The translations under genes and the position numbers were made by a program. DNA of 64,000 nt from an uncultured Alphaproteobacteria bacterium (GTDB taxonomy: Bacteria > Pseudomonadota > Alphaproteobacteria > RF32 > CAG-239), in the NCBI GenBank assembly GCA_944391725.1, contig CALXUQ010000002.1, positions 3,590 through 67,589 on the forward strand, read 5' to 3'. This document shows positions 1 to 7,444 of the stretch, in pieces (position 1 is the stretch's first letter; each line of letters begins with the position of its first letter). The notes beneath the pieces are model-generated. The model did no database searches. It saw only the letters and a list, made by a program, of their open reading frames with translations, and was not told the origin of the DNA.

Positions 1-461
1 GCTTCTACCACTTCGCGGCCGCAGTCAGGGCATTTGCCGTCGATGAGCTGAGAATCGGTCCAGAAACTTTCGCAGGGTTTGCAATATTTGCCGCTGTATT
101 CGCCTTTGTAAATGTAACCCTTGTCATACAGAGTTTTGAAAACATCTTGCACGGTTTTAATATGGTAGTCGTCGGTCGTGCGAACAAAGCGGTCGTAAGA
201 AATGTTGATGTAGCTCCAGAGTTTTTTGAACTCGGCGACGACTTTGTCGGTATATTCTTTAGGAGTGAGGCCGGCGGATTTGGCTTTGTCTTCAATTTTT
301 TGGCCGTGCTCGTCGGTTCCGGTCAGAAACATAACATCAAAACCGCGGGCACGTTTGTAGCGAGCCATGGCATCGCAGGCAACAGTAGTATAGCAGTGTC
401 CGATATGCGGAGAACCGGAGGGATAATAAATCGGGGTTGTGATATAAAATTTTTCTGACAT
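1..461 (-). CDS. metG: methionyl-tRNA synthetase, N-terminal part (gene continues beyond the window edge)
   Basis: The reverse-strand reading from the ATG at 461 gives MSEKFYITTPIYYPSGSPHIGHCYTTVACDAMARYKRARGFDVMFLTGTDEHGQKI..., which carries the class I HIGH motif and a MetRS-type N-terminus. No stop codon occurs before position 1. The listed ORFs 5..295(-) and 147..458(+) are other frames of this gene. Confidence 0.85.
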   Translation of the reverse strand, partial: MSEKFYITTPIYYPSGSPHIGHCYTTVACDAMARYKRARGFDVMFLTGTDEHGQKIEDKAKSAGLTPKEYTDKVVAEFKKLWSYINISYDRFVRTTDDYHIKTVQDVFKTLYDKGYIYKGEYSGKYCKPCESFWTDSQLIDGKCPDCGREVVE

Positions 462-785
462 GATTTTTCTCTTTTAATTAATTAGCTAACAATTTGCCTT
501 TATTTTTATTATTTTTATTTGGCTTTGGCAAGAAAAAAAGAAGAAAGATTTTTTGCTTGCATTTAATTTTTTTAGGTTAAATCACTATTGTTACCTATTG
601 GGTGGGTGACGGCAAATAAGGTATGACCAAATAAAACGAGCTGTTTTTATCTATGGCAGTTTTGAACGCCCACCCATCTTGGATATAAATTTTAGTATAA
701 TGTATTGAAATAAATTAAATATTTGTAGAATTATAAGCAAAATATAGCAATATTAAATATAAAAATAAAAAAAATGAAAAAAGTT

Positions 786-814
786 CTTGATTATTTATTT
801 TTGTGAGTGTATAA
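786..814 (+). promoter_or_regulatory. candidate sigma70-like promoter for tRNA-Val (TTGATT, 17 nt spacer, TATAAA)
   Basis: A -35-like and -10-like hexamer pair sits about 20 nt upstream of the mature tRNA 5' end in an AT-rich leader. Confidence 0.3.
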
Positions 815-833
815 AAGCCGATGTAAACGCGAT

Positions 834-909
834 GGGCGCTTAGCTCAGCTGGAAGAGCATCTCGTTTACACCGAGAGGGTCGGGAGTTCGAACCTCTCAG
901 CGCCCACCA
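834..909 (+). tRNA. tRNA-Val (anticodon TAC), CCA encoded
   Basis: The cloverleaf can be drawn by hand. The acceptor is GGGCGCT/AGCGCCC, the D-stem GCTC/GAGC, the anticodon stem TCTCG/CGAGA with loop TTTACAC, the T-arm GGGAG-TTCGAAC-CTCTC, with discriminator A and CCA. Confidence 0.9.
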
Positions 910-913
910 AAAA

Positions 914-941
914 GTCCACCTCAAATGGTGGATTTTTTTTG
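914..941 (+). terminator. rho-independent terminator after tRNA-Val
   Basis: A GTCCACC-tcaaat-GGTGGAT hairpin is followed by T8. Confidence 0.7.
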
Positions 942-954
942 TGCTTGGATTTGG

Positions 955-1186
955 CGAGATGAGGGGTTCGAACTCCCGAGGAAGGGAGTTTGACAACAAA
1001 CTTCGCTTTAGTGAAGTGCAGTTGGAAGGAAGACGTAGTCGACGATCCGAGCAAAGCGAGGACGCGCAGTGCATAGCGCGTGCGCACGACAAGCGAAAGG
1101 CGGACGAGAGTACGCCGGTGAGCCTTGGCTCATGAGCGTCAGTGCAACTCAAGCAGCGCGCAGAGTACACTCTCAGCGCCCACCAA
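955..1186 (+). repeat. tRNA-Val-associated composite repeat: inverted copy of the tRNA-Val T-arm, hairpin, ~100-nt unique segment, 75-nt conserved core, then a 16-nt direct copy of the tRNA-Val 3' end
   Basis: Positions 965-977 (GGTTCGAACTCCC) are the exact reverse complement of tRNA positions 882-894. Positions 984-994 (GGGAGTTTGAC) copy the T-arm 5' strand. Positions 1093-1167 are 95% identical to 58067-58141. Positions 1170-1185 (CTCTCAGCGCCCACCA) repeat the tRNA 3' end (894-909). Confidence 0.75.
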
Positions 1187-1220
1187 AAAGTCCACCTCAA
1201 AGGGTGGATTTTTTTTGTGC
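1187..1220 (+). terminator. second copy of the tRNA-Val terminator hairpin
   Basis: AAAAGTCCACCtcaaagGGTGGATTTTTTTT is a near-identical duplicate of 910-941. Confidence 0.6.
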
Positions 1221-1297
1221 TTGGATTTGGCGAGATGAGAGGTTTGAACTCCCAAGAGGTCGTAGGATTTATTGTGAAAGTTTGGAGTAAATGGGAA

Positions 1298-1545
1298 AAT
1301 TCGAAGATCCCTGGATGTTTTTCTGCGAAAAACGAGGGATGACTTTAAATAATGCTGGTGCAATCGAGAGATGGCCAGCACAGCTGGTGCGCGGCACGAC
1401 AAGTTAAAGGTTGAGAGTTTGTGACCAAGAGCAGAAATGCTACCGATGTGTCGATTGCTTAAATTAATTCGAAGATCCCAGGATGTTTTTCTGCGAAAAA
1501 CGAAGGATGACTTTAAATAATGCTGGCGCAATCGAGGGGTGACCC
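1298..1545 (+). repeat. 168-bp tandem duplication (unit 1 at 1298-1465; unit 2 at 1466-1545, truncated)
   Basis: AATTCGAAGATCCCtGGATGTTTTTCTGCGAAAAACGAgGGATGACTTTAAATAATGCTGGtGCAATCGAG occurs twice with 3 mismatches. Unit 1 continues into a diverged copy of the core (GCGCGGCACGACAAGTTAAAGGTTGAGAGTTTGTGACCAAGAGC). Confidence 0.7.
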
Positions 1546-1554
1546 CTTGATATC

Positions 1555-1586
1555 AAAAAAAACTCCTCAGTTTGAGGAGTTTTTTG
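1555..1586. terminator. bidirectional terminator hairpin (A7-ACTCCTCAgttTGAGGAGT-T6)
   Basis: A perfect 8-bp stem flanked by an A-run and a T-run lies between the repeat region and the convergent gene ending at 1607. Confidence 0.65.
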
Positions 1587-1606
1587 TATCTTGGCTCTAA
1601 TCTAAA

Positions 1607-1912
1607 TTATTTAGATTTTTTAGCGCTGGCTTTAGCAGCAGATTTAGTAGCTACTTTAGCATTGGCTTTAGCAGAAGTTTTCTTCGGAGCAGCAATCTTG
1701 CTGGCAGAAGTTTTGCTGGTGCTCTTCTTTGCAGAAGAAGTGTTTTTCAACATCGAAGATGCAGTTTTCAGCAGAGAAGAATTTTTATTGGCAGAAGTCA
1801 ATTGTTGAATTGCCAAGTTCCAATCTTGCAAGCTGGTGCCAGACGGGCAACCATTGTTTTGCCAAATGTAGTAAGCAGCTTCTCTGATTGCATTTTCGTT
1901 CAAGTTTTTCAT
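1607..1912 (-). CDS. DUF2934-type small basic protein with Lys/Ala-rich histone-H1-like tail
   Basis: The reading MKNLNENAIREAAYYIWQNNGCPSGTSLQDW... is followed by an AKK/SAK-rich tail. The ATG at 1912 is preceded by a GGAG RBS. The longer ORF starting at 1951 has no RBS. Confidence 0.6.
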   Translation of the reverse strand: MKNLNENAIREAAYYIWQNNGCPSGTSLQDWNLAIQQLTSANKNSSLLKTASSMLKNTSSAKKSTSKTSASKIAAPKKTSAKANAKVATKSAAKASAKKSK

Positions 1913-2128
1913 TTTAATTCTCCAAAGTAATAGTTTAAGTTCTGAAATCATTTTCTAAACTAAATCAAAAGTGTTAAAAAATCTTTACCAAAATAAAAAA
2001 TTTTTGTGAATTTTCAAAGATATAGATGGATAAAAATTGCGATAATCGCAGAAATGGACAAACTAATTGCCCTTGACATTATTTTTTTCCTGAAATACTT
2101 CTATATTATTAATTATAAGGAATCTTCT

Positions 2129-4393
2129 ATGACTAAAGAACTTTTGGCTCCGGCCGGCGATATCGAGGCCGGTTATGCGGCTCTTTACTATGGTGCCGAT
2201 GCTGTTTATCTTGGATTGCAGCAGTTTTCGGCACGTGCCACCGCAACAAATTTTGATGAGGCGAATCTGGCAGAGTTTGTGGCTTATGCTCATTCGCTTA
2301 AGCGGAAAGTATATGTGGCGCTCAACACCCTTATTCAGGAATCGGAACTGCAAGATTTAATTAAGAATCTGGAGATTTGTGTTCGTACTCATGTTGATGC
2401 GTTGATTGTGCAAGATTTGGGTGTGATCAGAATCGTGAAAGCCAATTATCCCGAACTGGAACTTCATGCCAGCACGCAAATGGCAGTACATAATAAAGAA
2501 GGGGCTTTAGCTTTGCAAAAAGCCGGATTTAGTCGTGTGGTGTTAGCTCGTGAGCTTACGCTTTCCGAAATTAGGGAAATTGCCGCTATCCCGGGGTTGG
2601 AAACCGAGGCCTTTATTCATGGGGCTTTGTGTTACTCATATAGCGGGTTATGCCTGTTTTCATCACTTGAATATGGCAGAAGTGCCAATCGGGGCAAGTG
2701 TTTATATCCGTGTCGGGCGGAGTTTGGCGGTGAAGACGGCAACAAACACTATTTCTCAATGAAAGATATGGCGCTGGAAGAAAATATTTTAAAAATGCCG
2801 GTGACTTCTCTCAAAATTGAAGGACGTAAAAAAACGGCTCTTTATGTGGCAGCAGTAACCGACTATTATCGCAATATTTTAGACGGGAAGGGGGCTATTC
2901 CAGCAAAAGCCGATAATATTAAGCAGATTTTTGCGCGGCCGTGGTGCGATTTTCATTTTAAGGGGCGCAACAAAAATATTATTGACCGCGAATTTGTGGG
3001 ACATCGTGGGCTTTTGACCGGAAGAATCGAACAAATTGCTAAAAACAAGATTATTTTCAAAACCAAATTTCCAATTGCACGTCATGACGGTATTCAGATT
3101 GATGTGGACGGACAAGAAAAGCCGTTCGGATTTTCCGTTCAGGAAATGCGCATTAATGGTAAAAATGGTTTTGAGGCTAAAGCCGGTGATGTGGTTGAAG
3201 TGCTTATGCCGCCCCAAGCTCCTTTTTTAAGAAAAGGGCAAAATATTTATTTGGCCTCATCCAGCCGTGTGAAGGGTGCATATGACTATACTAAGCCCAA
3301 GCCCGGAGCATTCAAACCACGGCGCAAGGTTGCAGTTGTTGCCGGGGTGGACGAATCTGAGGTATGGGCGCAAGCGGAAGGTCAGAGAGTTTCGTTAAGC
3401 GGAAGTTTTACCACCGCAGATAATCCGCTCAAGACCAAAGAGGCTTTTGAAAAAGCTTTTGCCAAAGGTGGAGATGTCGGAGTTGAACTTATCGACCTTA
3501 CTTTGGAAAATCCGCAAAATTTGTTTGTGCCGGTTTCAATGCTCAATGAACTGCGCCGCCAATTATATGCAAGTTTGCCAGCAGTGCTCTCAACTCCTCG
3601 TGAGTTGCCAGAGGTTACAGCTTGCCGCCGCTCCAGTGCTCCGCAATGGATAGTCAGAACTGACCAAAAAGAAGTTTTGCAAGGTATTAATTGTGATGAG
3701 GTGGCGGAAATTGCCTTTATGTTATCATCAGAATCTACTCCTGATGATTGGAAGCATATTCCTAAAAACAAATTACGTTTTGCTTTGCCGACGGTGGCAC
3801 GAAACCCTAAACTTTGGGCAGAAATTACCGACAAGCTTTTAGCACAAGGTTATCGCAAGTGGGAAATCGGGAACTATTGGGGATTGGAATTTTTGCCGCA
3901 TCAGGGAATTGATTTAAGTTTTGATGCCTCATTATATATGCTAAACTCGCAAGCAATTATGCAGGTCAAAGAAATGGGGGCATCAAGAGTATGCTTATCT
4001 ATAGAAGACAATTTGGAAAACTGGCAAAAATTATCCGCAGTTTCGCCGCTGCCGATAGTCTTTAGCGTATATCAAGATGCGCCGTTATTTACGAGTGCGG
4101 CGTGTATCCGTTCAAATCCTTGCAAGATTTGTCCGCGTGGTACCAAGTGGCTGAAACTTACTCGCGATGGGCAAGAGTATGATGTATTGTCTAAAGACTG
4201 TCAGACAATGTTATTTGCCCGCGAACCATTGTGTTTCGGAGCTCAGATTTCCGAAGTGGCGGCGGATTTTTATCGGGCGGATTTTCTGTATAAGCCCTAT
4301 CAAGCTCAGCAAGTGCGTGAGATTATGTCGGTGCTGAAAAGTGGAAAAGATGTTCCTAACTGTCGTAAAGGCAACTTAAAACGGCGTTTATAA
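2129..4393 (+). CDS. peptidase U32 family protein, long form (YdcP/RlhA-like, with C-terminal extension)
   Basis: MTKELLAPAGDIEAGYAALYYGADAVYLG ... IHGALCYSYSGLCLFS...GRSANRGKCLYPCR matches the U32 signature. An AAGGA RBS precedes the ATG at 2129. Confidence 0.8.
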   Translation: MTKELLAPAGDIEAGYAALYYGADAVYLGLQQFSARATATNFDEANLAEFVAYAHSLKRKVYVALNTLIQESELQDLIKNLEICVRTHVDALIVQDLGVIRIVKANYPELELHASTQMAVHNKEGALALQKAGFSRVVLARELTLSEIREIAAIPGLETEAFIHGALCYSYSGLCLFSSLEYGRSANRGKCLYPCRAEFGGEDGNKHYFSMKDMALEENILKMPVTSLKIEGRKKTALYVAAVTDYYRNILDGKGAIPAKADNIKQIFARPWCDFHFKGRNKNIIDREFVGHRGLLTGRIEQIAKNKIIFKTKFPIARHDGIQIDVDGQEKPFGFSVQEMRINGKNGFEAKAGDVVEVLMPPQAPFLRKGQNIYLASSSRVKGAYDYTKPKPGAFKPRRKVAVVAGVDESEVWAQAEGQRVSLSGSFTTADNPLKTKEAFEKAFAKGGDVGVELIDLTLENPQNLFVPVSMLNELRRQLYASLPAVLSTPRELPEVTACRRSSAPQWIVRTDQKEVLQGINCDEVAEIAFMLSSESTPDDWKHIPKNKLRFALPTVARNPKLWAEITDKLLAQGYRKWEIGNYWGLEFLPHQGIDLSFDASLYMLNSQAIMQVKEMGASRVCLSIEDNLENWQKLSAVSPLPIVFSVYQDAPLFTSAACIRSNPCKICPRGTKWLKLTRDGQEYDVLSKDCQTMLFAREPLCFGAQISEVAADFYRADFLYKPYQAQQVREIMSVLKSGKDVPNCRKGNLKRRL

Positions 4394-4473
4394 GCTCTAA
4401 TTTATTTATACTTGCTATCTTTTTATTTGCAGAGAGGAGATTATATCTTTTTAGCAGATAAAAGGAGTATAAG

Positions 4474-5148
4474 ATGATAGAATTTACAAGCAAGAGCAAA
4501 TATGTTATCGCGGCATTGTGGGATTTTTTGACCAGTAAGACCGGAGCGTTTATTATTGGTGTTTCGGCGATTGCGGTTGGTTGGTATCAATTTTATATCA
4601 GTCGGCCGATTTTGAAATATGATACCGAAACATTGAATTTTATTTCTTCCCAAAACGAAAATGATTATAAAGTTCAGGTCAAGGGCAAAGAATATAAAGA
4701 CTTATATCAAACGCGGGTCTACTTATATAATGTCGGGGCAAGTGCGCTCTCGGGCTCCGATGTATCTAAGCCCGGACATGACCCCATCCGCTTGGTGGTG
4801 CCCAAAGAGGCCGGAATGGTGCATTATACTCTTGATAACACGGCAACAACCGATGCTATTACCGCCAAAATTAATCCGGTTAATGATGAACTGGTGTTGG
4901 ATTTTGATTATCTGAACCCCGATTATCAGATTGCGGTTTCGGTCTTGCACGAGAACCCAAGCGATGATATTAAGATTACCGGTTCGGCGCTTAATGTGAA
5001 CGAAATTACTCGTGAATGGAATGACAAGGATCTCAAATTTTGGGGATTGTGGGGGCTGGGACTGCTATACTTTATTTTGGTCGCGGTTTATATCTTTCAT
5101 CATCGGGACAGAAAGTTTTTTCACTGGTTGGAAAATATGAAAAAGTAA
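4474..5148 (+). CDS. hypothetical membrane protein (one N-terminal and one C-terminal TM helix)
   Basis: An AAAGGAG RBS precedes the start. Hydrophobic segments are FIIGVSAIAVGWYQFYI and WGLWGLGLLYFILVAVYIF. No motif was recognised. Confidence 0.5.
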   Translation: MIEFTSKSKYVIAALWDFLTSKTGAFIIGVSAIAVGWYQFYISRPILKYDTETLNFISSQNENDYKVQVKGKEYKDLYQTRVYLYNVGASALSGSDVSKPGHDPIRLVVPKEAGMVHYTLDNTATTDAITAKINPVNDELVLDFDYLNPDYQIAVSVLHENPSDDIKITGSALNVNEITREWNDKDLKFWGLWGLGLLYFILVAVYIFHHRDRKFFHWLENMKK

Positions 5149-5163
5149 AAAAAAAGGAAGCGT

Positions 5164-5886
5164 TTAGGCTTCCTTTTTGGCCTTCTTAATCAACTCATCA
5201 ACAAAGGGCGGAAAAGTTTCGCCGGCTTTGCCATATATATGCTTATCAAACAAAAAATTATTGGCGGTGGTTTCTAAGGTGAACTCAATGGTATCGGCTC
5301 CGTAATATTTGGCGGTTTGTACAAAGCCTGCGGCCGGATAAACCACTCCCGAAGTGCCAATTGAGATAAACAAGTCGCAGCGGCGCAAAAGCTCCTCAAC
5401 CTTATCCATGCACAGTAAATTCTCACCAAAGAAAACAATGTTGGGTTTCATCATGCCCATAATATGACAGTGCGGGCAGGTGGTTTCGGTATCAACATCT
5501 CCCCAGGTTTCCATAACTTGTCCGCAGTTTAAGCATACCGCCTGATTGATTTGCCCATGGATGTGGTATACATTCTGATTACCGGCTTTTTCGTGCAAGG
5601 TATCGACATTTTGGGTGGCGATGCTGACTTGTCCAGGATATTCTTGTTGCAACTTGGTGATGGCTAAATGCGCCGCATTGGGTTTGGCTTTGGCAACCTC
5701 AATTTTGAGCTCATTATAAAAATCGTGCACTAAGGCCGGATTGCACTCAAAACCTTCGATGGAGGCAACATCTTCAACACGGTGATTGTTCCACAGACCG
5801 TTAGAACTGCGAAAGGTGGAAAGTCCGGATTCTGCAGAAATTCCGGCTCCGGTCAAAATTAAAATGTTTTTGTATGTAGAATTCAT
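5164..5886 (-). CDS. cobB: NAD-dependent protein deacylase, Sir2 family (CobB-type)
   Basis: It carries GAGISAESGLSTFR, HG, and a CxxC...CxxC zinc ribbon (CLNCGQ...CPHC), the canonical sirtuin fold markers. Confidence 0.85.
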   Translation of the reverse strand: MNSTYKNILILTGAGISAESGLSTFRSSNGLWNNHRVEDVASIEGFECNPALVHDFYNELKIEVAKAKPNAAHLAITKLQQEYPGQVSIATQNVDTLHEKAGNQNVYHIHGQINQAVCLNCGQVMETWGDVDTETTCPHCHIMGMMKPNIVFFGENLLCMDKVEELLRRCDLFISIGTSGVVYPAAGFVQTAKYYGADTIEFTLETTANNFLFDKHIYGKAGETFPPFVDELIKKAKKEA

Positions 5887-5976
5887 GGTGATTATCTTTA
5901 CCTTTGATTAATAAATTTGTCGCTATACTGATATAAGATATATAAGGTTAAAGGATAATAAACAAGGATAAAAATA

Positions 5977-6513
5977 GTGACAGTCAGGTTAGTGCAGGCA
6001 GGGTTGCGTTATAAGCCGGAAGTGTTGGAAATGTTGTCGCAAATTCCGAAGGAGGATTCGGCTTTTTTGCGCGGATACGGTAGAATTTCAAAAGTAACCA
6101 TTGTGGGTTTTTTGCAGCGTTTGTATAATTCGGCATTGGGATTATATTTAGAAGAAGGTATGGTGCCGACCACGACTTATTGGGTATATGATGGAACAAA
6201 GTTAATCGGTATTGGGCGTTTGCGTCATAAGCTTAATGAGGCATTAGAGAAAAAAGGCGGAAATTGCGGGTATTATGTGCGGCCGGAGTATCGCGGCAAG
6301 GGCTATGCCAGTGAAATCTTGGAGGCATTAAAAGAGGAAGCTAAGCGACGCGGTATGAAAAAGATTTTGTTGACGGCTAAATATGATAATTTTGCCTCAA
6401 TTGAAGTGATTATGAAAAACGGTGGTGTGGAAGATGAACCAAACGGCGATATCTTGCGTTTTTGGATTGATTTGAACGAAACTGAGAAGGGGCCAAAAGA
6501 TGATTTGGACTAG
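5977..6513 (+). CDS. GNAT family N-acetyltransferase
   Basis: YYVRPEYRGKGYASEILEALKEEAKRRGMKKILL is a GNAT acetyl-CoA binding motif (R/Q-x-x-G-x-G/A). The GTG start has an AAGGA RBS. Confidence 0.7.
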   Translation: MTVRLVQAGLRYKPEVLEMLSQIPKEDSAFLRGYGRISKVTIVGFLQRLYNSALGLYLEEGMVPTTTYWVYDGTKLIGIGRLRHKLNEALEKKGGNCGYYVRPEYRGKGYASEILEALKEEAKRRGMKKILLTAKYDNFASIEVIMKNGGVEDEPNGDILRFWIDLNETEKGPKDDLD

Positions 6514-7435
6514 TTGGTTTGAACCCAAGGCTTTTAACCAAGGATATTTGCCGGAAGTTGATGGGCATAAAGTTTTTTTTCAGGAATTCGGTAATCCGAA
6601 CGGGCGTCCGGTGCTTGTATTTCATGGCGGACCGGGCGGAAGTTTTAAGCCTAAGCACGCTCAAGATTTTGATCTCAAAAAATATCGGGTGATTGGTTTT
6701 GATCAGCGCGGTAGCGGAAAATCTTTGCCGATGGGCCAGTGGAACAATAATACTTCTACCGACATTATTAACGATGCGGCAAGATTGCTCAAATATCTGA
6801 AAATTTTTGATAAGCTGATTGTTAAAGGTCCATCTTGGGGGGCGGCTTTGGCTCTCAAATTTGCCGAAACTTTTCCCAAGCAAGTTAAAGCTTTGATACT
6901 TAACAGCGTATTTTTGGCCGACAAAGATGCCGAAAAATGGGAAGAAGAAGACGCGGCATATTTTTATCCCGATGTGTTGGATAAAATTAAGGAAGGGGTT
7001 TCCGAATGGGAAAATATTCCCTCATTTTATGCGCAGATGATTTGTTCGGGCGAACGAGAAAAACAGCAATATGCCATTAGTCGGTATGGAATGTATGAAC
7101 GGTTGCGCTCGGCACTTAATCCGCAATTTGAGCTCCAAGAGGTGACGGAAGAAAGTTTGGCGCAGAACCGTATCTTTATTATGTATGCGGCCAAAAAGTT
7201 CTACCTCAAGGAAAACGAAATTTTTAAGAATATCAAAAAAATTGCGAAGCTGCCGACTTTAATCGTGCATAATCGGTTGGATTTTGTGTGCCCGCTTAAA
7301 GGGGCTTATCGTTTACACAAAGCAATGCCAAACTCTAAATTGGTGATTGTGCCGGATATGGGACATGGCAGCAAAATGTTGTTTAAGGTTTTGCGCCAAG
7401 AAACTAAAGTTTTTTTGAAACAATATGATTTTTAA
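6500..7435 (+). CDS. pip: proline iminopeptidase (peptidase S33, alpha/beta hydrolase)
   Basis: VLVFHGGPGGS, GFDQRGSGKS and GPSWGAALAL (the GxSxG nucleophile elbow) are present. The start overlaps the preceding gene. Confidence 0.8.
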   Translation: MIWTSWFEPKAFNQGYLPEVDGHKVFFQEFGNPNGRPVLVFHGGPGGSFKPKHAQDFDLKKYRVIGFDQRGSGKSLPMGQWNNNTSTDIINDAARLLKYLKIFDKLIVKGPSWGAALALKFAETFPKQVKALILNSVFLADKDAEKWEEEDAAYFYPDVLDKIKEGVSEWENIPSFYAQMICSGEREKQQYAISRYGMYERLRSALNPQFELQEVTEESLAQNRIFIMYAAKKFYLKENEIFKNIKKIAKLPTLIVHNRLDFVCPLKGAYRLHKAMPNSKLVIVPDMGHGSKMLFKVLRQETKVFLKQYDF

Positions 7436-7444
7436 GAGGGTAAA

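Noticed and set aside
147-458. Plus-strand ORF (103 aa) and minus-strand ORF 5..295.
   Set aside because: Both are alternative frames within metG, whose reverse-strand translation has unambiguous MetRS motifs.
597-672. Long-range inverted repeat GGGTGGGTG...CGCCCACCC in the metG/tRNA-Val spacer. It was considered as a T-box or riboswitch for metG.
   Set aside because: No T-box specifier or antiterminator motifs were recognised, and metG in Gram-negative bacteria is not usually T-box regulated. It is left as an unexplained stem.
1000-1060. GGAAGGAAG string reminiscent of the SRP (4.5S) RNA domain IV motif.
   Set aside because: The flanking bases do not match the conserved GGAAGGAAGCAGCC context, and no complementary helix-8 partner strand is present.
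941-1186. Possible two-piece (permuted) tmRNA gene, as found in alphaproteobacteria. The region ends in ...GCGCCCACCA and contains GGTTCGAAC-like T-loop sequences.
   Set aside because: No tag-peptide reading frame of the ANDxxA...AA-stop type exists in any frame. No T-arm immediately precedes the CCA-bearing 3' end. tRNA-Val upstream is a complete, ordinary cloverleaf. The T-arm-like segments are explained as copies of the tRNA T-arm.
5164-5886. SIR2-domain defence gene (Thoeris/DSR-like).
   Set aside because: It has the canonical short sirtuin with Zn-ribbon and a complete NAD-binding motif. There is no fused effector or partner domain (TIR, SLOG, HerA, pAgo) nearby.
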